A stretch of 64,000 bases of DNA, taken from a bacterium (lineage in GTDB: Bacteria > UBA8248 > JACPRG01 > G963555815). The stretch is taken from positions 3,456,001 to 3,520,000 of the forward strand of contig OZ244653.1 of NCBI GenBank assembly GCA_965218795.1. The letters are read 5' to 3'. The translations under genes and the position numbers were made by a program. Position 1 is the stretch's first letter; each line of letters opens with the position of its first letter. Shown piece by piece: positions 1 through 11,020 of the stretch. A model generated the notes under the pieces. That model searched no databases, was not told the origin of the DNA, and was given only the letters and a program-made list of their open reading frames with translations.

Positions 1-1225
1 CGAACGCGCCGGAGAAACGGATAAAAAGCTTGTCGGCCTCGCTCAATGCCGATTCGCCCAGGATGACCGCCAGCTCCTCCGCCTCTTTGCCCCGCGCGTA
101 CGCGGCGTAGAGCTGATTCATGGTATCGGCGTGATCCTCGCGCGTCTTGCCGCCGCCGATTCCCTTGTCCTTCAACCTGGAGAGCGAGGGCAAGACGTTC
201 ACGGGTGGATAGAGGCCCTGCCGGTGGAGCTCCCGGCTGAGGATGATCTGACCTTCGGTGATATAGCCGGTGAGGTCCGGGATGGGGTGGGTCTTGTCGT
301 CTTCCGGCATGGAAAGGATCGGAATCTGCGTGATAGAGCCGGCCCTCCCCTCAATTCTCCCCGCTCGCTCGTACAGGGAGGCAAGATCCGTATAGAGGTA
401 ACCGGGATACCCCCGCCTTCCGGGTATCTCTTTGCGGGACGCGGATACTTCGCGAAGCGCTTCGCAATAATTCGTCATATCCGTGAGGATGACGAGGACG
501 TGCATCCCGAGGTCGAAAGCGAGATACTCCGCAGCCGTCAGGGCCAGCCGGGGGGTAATGATGCGCTCGACCGCGGGGTCGTTGGCCAGGTTGACGAACA
601 GGGCGGAGCGCGCGATGGCCCCCGTTTTGTTGAAGTCGCGAATGAAGTAATCCGCCTCCTCGAAGGTAATCCCCATCGCGCAAAAAACGATGGCGAAGTT
701 CTCCCCCCGCCCGAGCACCTTGGCCTGCCGCGCAATCTGGGCGGCCAGACGGGCATGAGGCAGGCCCGCTCCGGAGAAGATCGGAAGCTTCTGCCCCCGG
801 ACGAGGGTGTTCAGTCCGTCGATGGTTGAAATTCCGGTCTGGATGAACTCGGCCGGGTAGTCCCGGGCAAAGGGGTTCAGCGGGTTTCCGTTGATGTCGC
901 GCCGGACCTCGGCCAAAACGGGAGGGCCGCCATCGACTGGCGTGCCGGCGCCCTGGAACACCCTGCCCAGGATGTCGGGCGAGAGCGGCATCTCGATGGT
1001 CTTTCCCAGAAACCGGATCCGGCTCTGATTGAGACCGATTCCGGTGGTCCCTTCGAACACCTGCACAAGAGCCTGGCCGCGGGAAGACATCAGAACCTGC
1101 CCGCGACGTATTTCTCCGGTTTGAAGCACAATCTCGACCAATTCCTGATACTTCGCGTCCTGAACCTCATCGACCACCATCAGAGGCCCCGACAGCTCTG
1201 TGACATTCAAATATTCTTTCAGCAT
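1..1225 (-). CDS. ntpB: V/A-type ATP synthase subunit B (3' end runs off window)
   Basis: Not in the ORF track because it is open-ended. Hand translation from ATG at 1225 gives [21 protein letters not shown]...[25 protein letters not shown]...[14 protein letters not shown], typical of subunit B. Follows subunit A. Confidence 0.95.
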   Translation of the reverse strand, partial: MLKEYLNVTELSGPLMVVDEVQDAKYQELVEIVLQTGEIRRGQVLMSSRGQALVQVFEGTTGIGLNQSRIRFLGKTIEMPLSPDILGRVFQGAGTPVDGGPPVLAEVRRDINGNPLNPFARDYPAEFIQTGISTIDGLNTLVRGQKLPIFSGAGLPHARLAAQIARQAKVLGRGENFAIVFCAMGITFEEADYFIRDFNKTGAIARSALFVNLANDPAVERIITPRLALTAAEYLAFDLGMHVLVILTDMTNYCEALREVSASRKEIPGRRGYPGYLYTDLASLYERAGRIEGRAGSITQIPILSMPEDDKTHPIPDLTGYITEGQIILSRELHRQGLYPPVNVLPSLSRLKDKGIGGGKTREDHADTMNQLYAAYARGKEAEELAVILGESALSEADKLFIRFSGAF

Positions 1226-1280
1226 GCTTTTCTCTTACTGTGAAATGGACCCAATACTCGGGTTCCAAGGGGAAAATTCT

Positions 1281-3128
1281 TCAAGAATGTTTCTTTTCAC
1301 CCTTGGCGCGCGCTCCTCCTTTTTCATCCCTCTCATCACCGGCTTGGGCGCTGACGGTTCCAGGCTGGGCGGAATCGGCAACCTCCGACTCGATTTCCAA
1401 CAACGTTTTTTCCCACTCATTCTCCACAACGTACTTTGCCCTGGCGATTCGCTCCCGGACAGGGTCCGAGACAATGACATCGAACTCCGCGCCTCCGGCC
1501 AGCCGCTCGGACGCCACATCGTGAAACTTGAGGATCAATCCCAAAAGACCGGTCTGTTTCGAGAGCGAAGCGTAGGCGTCCACCTCATCGAAGGCATTCT
1601 GGTGGAGAAAATCCTCCCGGATCGATCGGGCCGTCTCAAGGAGAAGGCGCTCCTCCAGCGAGAGGGCATCGATCCCGATCAGCCGGACAATTTCCTGTAG
1701 CTCCGCCTCCTTCTGGAGAATTTCCATCCCCCTCAGCCGGTTGGCCAGAAAGCCTTCTCCCGCAAAATCGGAGAAATAAGATGCCAACTGATCCAGGTAA
1801 AGAGAGTAGCTTCGGAGCCAGCTGATGGCCGGGAAGTGCCGCTGATACGCAAGGCCGGCCTCCAGGCTCCAAAAGACCGAGACGGTTCGCAGTGTGTTCT
1901 GGACCACGGGCTCGGAAAGATCACCGCCCTGGGGGGAAACCGCCCCGATCACCGTAACGGTGGCCTCCCTCTTGCCGGAACCCAAGCACTGGATGCGGCC
2001 GGCACGCTCATAGAAGGTTGCCACCCGGGTCCCCAGATAAGCCGGATATCCCTCCTCGCCCGGCATCTCCTCCAATCGCCCGGAGATTTCGCGCATCGCT
2101 TCGGCCCAGCGGGAGGTGGAGTCGGCCATGAGCGCTACGTTGTAGCCCATATCGCGAAAATACTCGGCAATTGTGATTCCCGTATAAACGGACGCCTCAC
2201 GCGCGGCCACGGGCATGTTCGAAGTGTTGGCGATGAGAATGGTTCGCTGCATCAGGGGGAGGCCCGTCCGGGCATCCGTGAGATGGGGGAATTCGAGGAG
2301 GACGTCCGTCATCTCGTTGCCACGCTCGCCGCAGCCGACGTAGACGATGATCTCAGCATCCGCCCACTTGGCCAACTGGTGTTGAATCACGGTCTTGCCG
2401 CTGCCGAACGGCCCGGGGATACACGCGGTGCCTCCCTTCGCCACGGGGAAAAACGTGTCCACCACCCGCTGGCCCGACAGGAGCGGCTCATTGGGCGGAA
2501 ACTTCCTGGCGTAGGGACGCCCCTTCCGCACCGGCCACCGCTGAAGCAGCCCGATCTCCCGGCGCTCGCCTCCCTCGGTTTCGATGACCGCCACCGTATC
2601 CTGTACGCGCATACCGCCCGAGCGGATCTCCGCAATCCTGCCGGCTGTATCGGGCGGTACGAGAATCCGATGTTCAACAGCCTCGGTCTCCTGGACGACG
2701 CCCAGGATGTCGCCTGCCGTGACCGTCTCACCGTCCTCCATGCCGGGGATAAAGTCCCACGTTTTTTCTCTGTCGAGGGCCGGCTGCTCCACCCCCCGGA
2801 CGATGAAATCGCCGACCTGGGCGCGGATTTCATCCAGCGGCCGCTGAATCCCGTCATAAATTCCCCCGAGCAGCCCGGGCCCCAGCTCGACCCCGAGCGG
2901 CATGCCGGTTGAAACAACCGGCTCCCCGGGGGCGACACCGCCGGTCTCTTCGTACACCTGGATCAGCGCGGATTCGCCTTCCAGACCAATGATCTCACCC
3001 ACCAACCCGCCTTCACCCACACGCACGACATCGTACATATGAACGTCGGGCAATCCCTCGGCGGTGACAACCGGCCCGTTGACCCGGACGATGACACCTG
3101 CGCCTGATCCGCGATCATCCTGTTGCAC
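1281..3128 (-). CDS. ntpA: V/A-type ATP synthase catalytic subunit A
   Basis: Walker [18 protein letters not shown] and [10 protein letters not shown] motifs. Confidence 0.97.
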   Translation of the reverse strand: MQQDDRGSGAGVIVRVNGPVVTAEGLPDVHMYDVVRVGEGGLVGEIIGLEGESALIQVYEETGGVAPGEPVVSTGMPLGVELGPGLLGGIYDGIQRPLDEIRAQVGDFIVRGVEQPALDREKTWDFIPGMEDGETVTAGDILGVVQETEAVEHRILVPPDTAGRIAEIRSGGMRVQDTVAVIETEGGERREIGLLQRWPVRKGRPYARKFPPNEPLLSGQRVVDTFFPVAKGGTACIPGPFGSGKTVIQHQLAKWADAEIIVYVGCGERGNEMTDVLLEFPHLTDARTGLPLMQRTILIANTSNMPVAAREASVYTGITIAEYFRDMGYNVALMADSTSRWAEAMREISGRLEEMPGEEGYPAYLGTRVATFYERAGRIQCLGSGKREATVTVIGAVSPQGGDLSEPVVQNTLRTVSVFWSLEAGLAYQRHFPAISWLRSYSLYLDQLASYFSDFAGEGFLANRLRGMEILQKEAELQEIVRLIGIDALSLEERLLLETARSIREDFLHQNAFDEVDAYASLSKQTGLLGLILKFHDVASERLAGGAEFDVIVSDPVRERIARAKYVVENEWEKTLLEIESEVADSAQPGTVSAQAGDERDEKGGARAKGEKKHS

Positions 3129-3271
3129 AATCTCTTGCCTTTATCGTAGGGCGTTTATCGGCGCCAACGGACCGCTTCGGTTTCGCAGTCCCCCCCCCCT
3201 AGCGCGGCGGCGCCGCAGCCGGATGATTGGAGGGCGTTGCCGTGTCCGCCCCCTTGCTTCTAAACCCCCTT

Positions 3272-3595
3272 CTACTCGACGGCCTGCAAGACCATGCTCG
3301 AGCCCAGGGCTTTTTCCACATTTCGTTTCAACCGTTCCTGACCGCCGCCTCCGGGCGAGGATACGCCGGGAAGGACTGCCACGGCCGGCAGTGACCGGGC
3401 CCGCAACGGTTCCAGGGCATCCCCGGCCCACCGGGCGCATTCCTCTGTCACCAGGAGAACCGCGCAGCCCTCTTTCACGGCGCGGATCACTTGCGCCAAG
3501 GCCGAATCGGGGTCTTCCGCTTCGAGGACTTTCACTCCCAAAGGACGAAAGGCCAGCGTGGAAACGCGGTCCCCTACAAAAAACGCCTTAGACAT
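3272..3595 (-). CDS. V/A-type ATP synthase subunit F
   Basis: 107 aa, VGDR..LAFRPLG start and VEKALG end; lies between subunits C and A. Confidence 0.85.
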   Translation of the reverse strand: MSKAFFVGDRVSTLAFRPLGVKVLEAEDPDSALAQVIRAVKEGCAVLLVTEECARWAGDALEPLRARSLPAVAVLPGVSSPGGGGQERLKRNVEKALGSSMVLQAVE

Positions 3596-4607
3596 AGGGC
3601 CTCCGAAGATCCGTCAGAATGCTTTCGCTGTCTTCGCTACGGGAAATCCCGCTCAGAATTCGGCGGACGTTTTTCACTTCCATCTCGACGCCATGAAGGT
3701 ATCCGATAAGAGGTTCGGGCCCGAATGAAAGGTACTTGGCGGAGTGAACAAACTCGGTCATGTGATCGTCTATCAACTGCTCCAAGCGATGACCGATCTC
3801 GGATTCATCATTCACCCGTTGCAAAGGGTCCAGCAGGCTTTCCAGCGACGTTCCCGCAAAGACCGCGGCCAGTGAGGCGGCGACCCCCGAGCCGCCCCCG
3901 GAAGAAGCCTCCAGGAAATGCGCATACGGCAGCGTCCCCCCAGGGATCAACCACGACTGAACCTCTTGTCGATCGGCGCTTCTCAGCTTCCCCCGAAGGG
4001 CCGTGCTCAGATTCAGCAGATCCGCGCGCAAGGAAAAAAACTGGCGGGCGAATGGAACGGGATGCTCGGAAAGACGCCGAAAGATGATATGGAACATCTC
4101 GGCGTCGAGGAATCGATCAATCACGTGGGGTCGGGTTTCCCGCGCAAGGGCCTCGGACAGCTTCGCAACCGCCTCGCTGTAATCCAAAGGGGGCGTCCCC
4201 GGAAGAAGGAAGTCGGCTTCCTCCAGCATTCGGTCGAGCTGTTCAGGCTCTGCAGAATCACCGAACGCATGCCGGCGCGCCCAACCCTTGAGCCGGAGAA
4301 AATCCCACCGGATGGCGAACGTCCTCGCAATCGGAGCGGCGGGCATCATCAATGAAACTTCACGGATCGACTCTTCGAGACGCTCTTTCAACAGGGCTTC
4401 GATGTCGGGAGGATCTCCGGCGATCCCTTCTCCCCACCACTGGGTGGCGTCGCGCAGCGCCTCCCACGCGCCTTCGACCGATCGGCTCTCCGCCGCCCGC
4501 TCGAAGTGAAACCGCCTGAGGAGGGCGTTCTCCATCACCCGGATCCGGCCCACGGAAAAGATGTAAGCCTCCGCCTCGTTAATGGAACCGGTATACAGAC
4601 CCAGCAT
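3588..4607 (-). CDS. ntpC: V/A-type ATP synthase subunit C (d)
   Basis: GRIRVME N-terminus, FGPEPLIGYL..EMEVKNVR C-terminus, operon position. Confidence 0.9.
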   Translation of the reverse strand: MLGLYTGSINEAEAYIFSVGRIRVMENALLRRFHFERAAESRSVEGAWEALRDATQWWGEGIAGDPPDIEALLKERLEESIREVSLMMPAAPIARTFAIRWDFLRLKGWARRHAFGDSAEPEQLDRMLEEADFLLPGTPPLDYSEAVAKLSEALARETRPHVIDRFLDAEMFHIIFRRLSEHPVPFARQFFSLRADLLNLSTALRGKLRSADRQEVQSWLIPGGTLPYAHFLEASSGGGSGVAASLAAVFAGTSLESLLDPLQRVNDESEIGHRLEQLIDDHMTEFVHSAKYLSFGPEPLIGYLHGVEMEVKNVRRILSGISRSEDSESILTDLRRPYV

Positions 4608-5227
4608 CAGCCGCCCGCCTTCGCGGAACCTTCTTCACCAAAAAGCAGACGGGCGACCCGCTCTTCGAGCCGCTCTCTCACTTGACGGATCATAAGGTCC
4701 AAAGAGAGGTTCACCTCCACCCCACGGCCGCGAAGAACCGCGCCGGACGTCAGATCCGGATCCTCTTCGGCCAGCCGGATCGATCCCTTCCGGCCCTGCG
4801 CCGAGAGCTCACGGTTCAATTTCTCAACGAATGTTGTCCCCCACGCATCCCGATCCGTCCGCGGCAGCGCAAGCGCTTCCTCTCCGGTCTCGACCGCGTT
4901 CAAGAGAGCTTGACGGAGGGCCGAGCGGAATTCATCTCCGGAGGCCGCGAACGCATCCAAGGCAGAACCGAAGGCATCATCCAAGACCGCCTGCTTCTCG
5001 GCCAAAACGGCCTTTCTGGAGACAAGGCGGGCATCGGTGGCCATTCGCTCTTTTCGCGCTTCCGCGTCCTGCCTGGCGCGCCGCAGCAATCTTCGCTCCA
5101 GGTCTTCCGCTTCGACCGCTCCCCGTGAGCGAATCGAATCGGCTTCCCCCCTGGCCGCCGCGACACGCGCCTCGGCTTCGGTCCTCGCCCCATCAAGCAC
5201 ATTCGACCTGATCTCTTCCAGACCCAA
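4607..5227 (-). CDS. ntpE: V/A-type ATP synthase subunit E
   Basis: MGLEEI start, coiled-coil N-half, GAVL..VEVNLS C-terminal domain, operon position. Confidence 0.9.
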   Translation of the reverse strand: MGLEEIRSNVLDGARTEAEARVAAARGEADSIRSRGAVEAEDLERRLLRRARQDAEARKERMATDARLVSRKAVLAEKQAVLDDAFGSALDAFAASGDEFRSALRQALLNAVETGEEALALPRTDRDAWGTTFVEKLNRELSAQGRKGSIRLAEEDPDLTSGAVLRGRGVEVNLSLDLMIRQVRERLEERVARLLFGEEGSAKAGG

Positions 5228-5291
5228 TTTGAAAATCCGAAAAAGTTTGCCGCCGTCATCCGACCGCGCGAAGGGTCGGACCTCCGTTTCA

Positions 5292-5816
<525 letters not shown>

Positions 5817-5872
5817 TCATCTCTCCATCCGCTGTCCTCAGCAGCGCAAACGGCCGGGTCGATGAAATCGAC

Positions 5873-7906
5873 TCAAGTCTCCAAAGCTACATAACGGGGG
5901 GCCGAGCGGAACGGCGCCATCGCCCGGCCTCCTCCTTCATAGAATTTCGAAAAGAATTCGACGTACTGAAGACGCGCGGAATGGATAAAAGCCCCCATCG
6001 AGCTGATCACCAGATTGAAGGCATGCCCGACGATATAAACCAGAGCCATCAACAATACACCGGCATACGGAACCTGGCCCAAGAGCTCCGTCAATGTGTT
6101 CACGACAACCGCGATGACCCCCGTCGCCAATCCCAGGGCAAAGAGCCTCGAATAAGAAAGGATATCGCCAAGATAATTAACAAGGCCGTAAACCCCCAAG
6201 AGGCCTCCGCCAAACTTGGCGAATATGTTCTTGTACTCTCTCCCCCGCGCGAGGATTGTCGTCCCGACCGCGAGGGCGGCCATCCAGTTCGCAACGGGAA
6301 CGAGAAACTCCGGCAGCAGGTCCGCGCCGGAAAGTCCAAAGAAAAGAAATCCCGAAAGAAGGAAAATCTCGACGCCTTCATTCAAAACCGCTTCGCGCGA
6401 TCCTTCTCGGGCGCGGGTTGCAACGAACTTGGCCACCAGTCCGACATAAATCTGAATCACCCCGAGAATCAGAGAAAGAATGAGGAAAGGAACAGGATTC
6501 CTGATCGGGTCCAGCACCAGAATCGAATCCGCCCACCGATCCAGAAAACCAAGGCTTTCGGGGAGGATCTTCGGCGTGTTGCCTAACCAGCCGCCGACGA
6601 ACGCGCCGAATATCAACGCAGAGATACCTCCCAAAAAGAGGAGGCGAAAGAACTTCTTCGCCGTAGGACTCAGCGTCATCTTGCGAAGTCCCCATCCGAA
6701 GAGAAGCGCGATAAGAAGACCGTACCCGGAATCCGTCAGGCAAAGTCCGAAAAAAACAAAGAAAAACGGTGTCAGAAGCGGCGTGGGATCGGCTTCGGAA
6801 TGCTTCGGAAGTCCATAGAGCCCGGTGAGAACCGAGAAAGGGCGCGTGATCGGTGTGTTTTCCAATTGGATGGGAGGGTCGTCACCCGGATCATTCTCAA
6901 AAAACTCCACGTGCGGATGAAGAACAGCTTTGGAGAGGCTTTCCCGGAGCTCTTCTTTCTTATTCTCGAGGATCCAGCCCACCGCCAAAGCGACATCCCC
7001 CGCACGAACGAGCCAGCCCTCGGCCTCCTTGCGGGCTTTCAAAAGCTCAACGTAATCCGATGCGGCCCGGAGCGCTTCCCGATGAGCCGATAGCTGCCGC
7101 GCAATACCGACGACCTCGAGGCGCTCGGCCTCGAGCGCCTCGCTCCTGTCTCGCAATCCCGCGAGAATCTCGGCGGGCGTTCCGGCCCAGGCGATGTCAC
7201 TGCCGGTATCCTCTTCCAATTTTCGAGATACGGCCGGCCTCTCTACAACCGTAAGGGCGGAATCGCGAATCGCCTCATCCGCGGCCTCTTGATCCCCTGC
7301 CAGACAGACAACCAGGAAACGTTCTGTGTCCTTGCCGCCGGCCAGGCTGTCGAAGCAGACCCGCTCGGCCACCTCTCCCAAAGCGTGCCTCAGCGTTGTT
7401 TGTGATCCCACCGGCCCCGTAACCATGAGTACCGCCGCCGACTTCAGCCCCTCGAGCTCCGACAGGCGCACATCCACATCCCGCCAAGGCTCAAGGGCCT
7501 CCGCCAGCTGCTGACCGCGGGTTTCTTCCGCAGAGATTTCCTGGAGCCGGGCCTCCGCCTCACGAACCCGGCCGTAGACTTGATCCAAGGGAAATCCCCG
7601 GAACTGATCGGCAAGGTCCTCAAGATTGAAGCCGGGCTTTGGAGAGAAGAGACTTTTCAGGCCGCCGGGTTCCGGCGCGTGGGCGTCCAGAAAAGCGAGG
7701 CTTCGGCGCAGGGCGGTGGATTCTTTTTCGAGGTCGAACAGGCGAGCCCCCAAGGGTCGGGTGACCGATAGCTCATCGTCTTGCACGGGCCAAGCCTCCG
7801 CGGGGATCAGTTCGACCAGCCCGTTCGACTGAAGGGCGCCCAGAAGCACGGGCGCGGCGCCCGCATGGACAGCCATGAGAACCCGCTGAGCCTTAACGAC
7901 TGCCAC
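5873..7906 (-). CDS. ntpI: V/A-type ATP synthase subunit I (a)
   Basis: Soluble N-half, multi-TM C-half with SYSRLFALGLA and RLQYVEFFSKFY. Confidence 0.95.
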   Translation of the reverse strand: MAVVKAQRVLMAVHAGAAPVLLGALQSNGLVELIPAEAWPVQDDELSVTRPLGARLFDLEKESTALRRSLAFLDAHAPEPGGLKSLFSPKPGFNLEDLADQFRGFPLDQVYGRVREAEARLQEISAEETRGQQLAEALEPWRDVDVRLSELEGLKSAAVLMVTGPVGSQTTLRHALGEVAERVCFDSLAGGKDTERFLVVCLAGDQEAADEAIRDSALTVVERPAVSRKLEEDTGSDIAWAGTPAEILAGLRDRSEALEAERLEVVGIARQLSAHREALRAASDYVELLKARKEAEGWLVRAGDVALAVGWILENKKEELRESLSKAVLHPHVEFFENDPGDDPPIQLENTPITRPFSVLTGLYGLPKHSEADPTPLLTPFFFVFFGLCLTDSGYGLLIALLFGWGLRKMTLSPTAKKFFRLLFLGGISALIFGAFVGGWLGNTPKILPESLGFLDRWADSILVLDPIRNPVPFLILSLILGVIQIYVGLVAKFVATRAREGSREAVLNEGVEIFLLSGFLFFGLSGADLLPEFLVPVANWMAALAVGTTILARGREYKNIFAKFGGGLLGVYGLVNYLGDILSYSRLFALGLATGVIAVVVNTLTELLGQVPYAGVLLMALVYIVGHAFNLVISSMGAFIHSARLQYVEFFSKFYEGGGRAMAPFRSAPRYVALET

Positions 7907-8225
7907 AGATCTCTCTCATCTCTTTGAGTACCAGGTCGACTGCATCCGCCCTTCGGGATTTCACCCATTCTTTCAGGCGGCACAATTCCTCCTGCGACTC
8001 TTGGACGATTCGATCGGCGAGTTCTCTGCCTTCTGATTCCGCGGCCGCAATCAATCGTTCCCGCTCGGCAGCGCACCTGGCTTCAACTGCGGAGATCTGT
8101 TCCGCCGAATCGGCTCGTGCCTTTTCTATCAGCCCCTCCGCCTCTTCCTCGGAACGACGGCTGATCGCCTCGGCCTCCGCTTCCCAGGCCGCAATATCAC
8201 GAATCACCTCACCGATCTTTGACAT
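7893..8225 (-). CDS. V/A-type ATP synthase peripheral stalk subunit H/G
   Basis: Glu/Ala/Arg coiled coil, first gene of the operon. Start at ATG 8225 preferred; the ORF is open from 8288. Confidence 0.75.
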   Translation of the reverse strand: MSKIGEVIRDIAAWEAEAEAISRRSEEEAEGLIEKARADSAEQISAVEARCAAERERLIAAAESEGRELADRIVQESQEELCRLKEWVKSRRADAVDLVLKEMREICGSR

Positions 8226-8426
8226 GGACGCGAGCTTTATGGGTGTCAGTCGAAAAATACAGGCCGGGATCGGCAATGGAGCGACCATTTAATTAAGTTT
8301 TTTCTTCCGCCTGCGCAATCATTTTGTCCGCTCCTCCCACCCGGCAATTCCAACACGGGTAGCCTTTCGATACCACCCCGTCGAATCCCGACCCAGAAGA
8401 CAGGAAGTCGGAGTGAGAGTAGAAGC

Positions 8427-9314
8427 TCACCGTTTCAAGAGATCGACGATCCGTATGAGGTCTTCATTCGAATAGTATTCTAAATTTATTCGTCCTTTAT
8501 TTGTATCTCCGCTAATTGAAACCTTCGTCCCGAACTTTCTCTTCAAGTCCTCCACAGCCTGCCGGACGTGAACATCATTTGCGGCAGCAGGTTTTTCCCG
8601 GCTGGAGCGTTGCGGACGGCTCACAATCGCTTCCGTTTCACGGACGGACAGCCCTTGGGCCTTAATCCGCTCGGCCAGTCCTATTTGGGCAACGGCCGTC
8701 GGAAGGGTCAGAAGGGCTCGGGCATGGCCGGCGGAGATGGTTCCCGAGGCGACATCGGCCTGGAGGGATTTTGGCAATCGCAATAATCTCAAGAAGTTGG
8801 CAACAGTCGACCGATTTTTCCCAACCCTCGCCGCCGCCTCATCCTGCGAGAGACCGAATTCCTCTATCAGCCGGACATAGGCTTCGGCCTCCTCGATTGG
8901 ATTCAAATCCTCGCGCTGGAGATTCTCGATGACCGATACTTCCATAACCTTTCGATCATCCGCCTCCATAATGATCGCCGGGATGGTCTCGAGGCCGGCA
9001 ATCCCTGACGCGCGCCATCGCCGCTCCCCCGCTATGATTTCATACTGGCCGCCAGGCAACGCGCGCAAGATTAGAGGCTGAATCACTCCACCCGCCTTGA
9101 TCGATTCAGCAAGTTCGCGGAGGGCGCCTTCCTCGAACCTTCTTCTGGGCTGATGGCCGCCCGGCTGAATCCTGGACAGTGAAACCTCGGCAACGGTAGC
9201 GCCTGTTTCAGTCCGGCCGATTGCGGGATCCCTTGAAACTGGAGGCATTTCCGGAATGAGTGCCGCCAGGCCTCGACCGAGTCGTTTTTTCTCCATTTTG
9301 GAGTCCTCACGCAA
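8427..9314 (-). CDS. parB: Chromosome partitioning protein ParB/Spo0J
   Basis: LGRGLAALI, QPRRRF, IAGERRWRA and ENLQREDLNPIEEA motifs. Confidence 0.97.
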   Translation of the reverse strand: MREDSKMEKKRLGRGLAALIPEMPPVSRDPAIGRTETGATVAEVSLSRIQPGGHQPRRRFEEGALRELAESIKAGGVIQPLILRALPGGQYEIIAGERRWRASGIAGLETIPAIIMEADDRKVMEVSVIENLQREDLNPIEEAEAYVRLIEEFGLSQDEAAARVGKNRSTVANFLRLLRLPKSLQADVASGTISAGHARALLTLPTAVAQIGLAERIKAQGLSVRETEAIVSRPQRSSREKPAAANDVHVRQAVEDLKRKFGTKVSISGDTNKGRINLEYYSNEDLIRIVDLLKR

Positions 9315-9362
9315 TCCGGTGAACCGTAGATTTTCAGAAGGGAACTCTGCCGTACTGTCCGA

Positions 9363-10124
9363 CTAGCCTCTGGCGATGACCTCCCCCGCCAAGCGAAGAT
9401 AAGCCGCGGCGCCCTTTGAATTGATATCGTACTGGATAATGGGTTTCCCGTAGCTTGGGGCTTCGCTGAGCCTGACATTTCTGGGAACTACCGTATCAAA
9501 TATCTTGCCCTGGAAATTTTCACGGACGTCAGCCGCGACCTGACTTGCCAGCGAGGTCCTGCTATCGAACATCGTCAACAGGACACCCTCTGTCTGCAAA
9601 TTCGGGTTTAGCCCGGACTGGACGCGAGAGACTGTACGGATCAGATTCGAGAGGCCCTCGAGCGCATAGTATTCGCACTGGAGCGGGACGATGATCGAAT
9701 CGGCGGCCACAAGGGCATTGAGGGTCAAGAGTCCGAGGGAAGGCGGACAGTCAATCAGAACGTAACCATAAATTCCTGATATCGGCTGAAGCGCCTCGCG
9801 TAGCCGGAACTCGCGTCTTTCGGCCCGTGCAAGCTCCATTTCAGCAACCGTAAGGTCGATTCCGGACGGCACAAGGTCCAAGAAGCCGAGGGTTGTCTTT
9901 TGGGTAACCGATATGACCGGACTTTGATCGACAAGCATGGCGTAGGCTCCGCCATCGGGTCCCGGGTCTTCGATCCCAAGGCCCGATGTGGCATTTCCCT
10001 GGGGGTCGAAATCTATGAGCAGGGTCTTCCGCTCGACTGCGGCCAGGCAGGCAGCCAGATTGACGGCAGTCGTTGTTTTGCCTACCCCTCCCTTCTGGTT
10101 GACGATCGCGATGGTTCTGGCCAT
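9363..10124 (-). CDS. parA: Chromosome partitioning ATPase ParA/Soj
   Basis: Deviant Walker A KGGVGKTT, DPQGNA, DCPPSLG. Confidence 0.97.
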   Translation of the reverse strand: MARTIAIVNQKGGVGKTTTAVNLAACLAAVERKTLLIDFDPQGNATSGLGIEDPGPDGGAYAMLVDQSPVISVTQKTTLGFLDLVPSGIDLTVAEMELARAERREFRLREALQPISGIYGYVLIDCPPSLGLLTLNALVAADSIIVPLQCEYYALEGLSNLIRTVSRVQSGLNPNLQTEGVLLTMFDSRTSLASQVAADVRENFQGKIFDTVVPRNVRLSEAPSYGKPIIQYDINSKGAAAYLRLAGEVIARG

Positions 10125-10150
10125 TCTTCCTTGGGCCTCAGTCTCGAAGA

Positions 10151-10166
10151 AGTTTCACGTGAAACA
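10151..10166. promoter_or_regulatory. parS: parS site (15/16 match)
   Basis: AGTTTCACGTGAAACA versus consensus TGTTTCACGTGAAACA, just upstream of parA. Confidence 0.9.
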
Positions 10167-10198
10167 ACACAGGAGGCAGTTTACCAAAATTCTGCGGA

Positions 10199-10214
10199 TG
10201 TTTCACGTGAAACA
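10199..10214. promoter_or_regulatory. parS: parS site (perfect)
   Basis: TGTTTCACGTGAAACA within the 22-bp perfect palindrome GGATGTTTCACGTGAAACATCC (10196-10217). Confidence 0.95.
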
Positions 10215-10361
10215 TCCAATCATTTGGAGCGGGAAACGGGCTTTCATGCTCACAATACCCCCTTCGGCTGGTGGAAGAACAGAATTTCCGTCAATAGCTG
10301 AATCACACCAATGGGGGGGCGGGTTTGAATTTCAATCTACGCGACCATAAAGCCTCCAATG

Positions 10362-11012
10362 CTAATCCGTACGCTTCAACCTGACCACCGCTCCCCTATC
10401 CACCTTCAAACGCTTAGCCACAACCGCATGATGATTGGCAAGCATGGGCCCGGCCTCCTTCAGTTCCTTGTCGCCATTCTCGCCCTGCCGAATCAGAAGA
10501 ACGCCCTCCCGATCCAAAAGAGGCCAAACCAGCGGGAGCAGCTCGCCAATCGGGGCAACCGCTCTCGAAAAAACAGCATCAAAACCGCCGATACCGATCC
10601 TCTCTTCCGAGATGTTTTCGACACGATCACAAATGATCCTGAAATTTCCGACACCGATTTCCCTTATCGCTTCCGACAAGAACGCTGATTTGCGGGCGTT
10701 TGACTCCACCATGGACACCCGAATGTTCTGAAACAATATTCCGATCGGGATCCCGACGATGCCCGCTCCCGCGCCAACGTCAAGAACGATATCCCCTGTC
10801 AAGGGTTCCCAAATCTTCAAGAAATCCAAGGTTCCGGGGAGCAGGCGGCGGGCGACCTCCTCCGAATTCCGAAGGCCCGTCAAGCGGACATTGCTGTTCC
10901 ATTTCTCCAGAAGAGTCAGATAATCCGCAAGCGCCAAGGCCTGAGTCTCGTCCAGCGGCACCCCTTCGGCGGAAAAGCACTCTTTTAAGACATCCGTAAG
11001 ATTTGATTCCAT
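10362..11012 (-). CDS. rsmG: 16S rRNA m7G527 methyltransferase
   Basis: WNSNVRLT, LDVGAGAG (SAM-binding), SRAVA; lies between mnmG and parA. Confidence 0.92.
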   Translation of the reverse strand: MESNLTDVLKECFSAEGVPLDETQALALADYLTLLEKWNSNVRLTGLRNSEEVARRLLPGTLDFLKIWEPLTGDIVLDVGAGAGIVGIPIGILFQNIRVSMVESNARKSAFLSEAIREIGVGNFRIICDRVENISEERIGIGGFDAVFSRAVAPIGELLPLVWPLLDREGVLLIRQGENGDKELKEAGPMLANHHAVVAKRLKVDRGAVVRLKRTD

Positions 11013-11020
11013 CGCCGTGT

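Noticed and set aside
131-2912. Long plus-strand ORFs over the ATPase genes, and similar antisense ORFs over mnmE, gyrA, gyrB, hydantoinase A and the amidohydrolase
   Set aside because: Shadow ORFs from high-GC codon bias, opposite clearly recognisable genes; no motifs.
3129-3271. 143-bp gap inside the ATPase operon with short AGGGCGTT repeats
   Set aside because: Too short and degenerate to assign to a repeat family or RNA structure.
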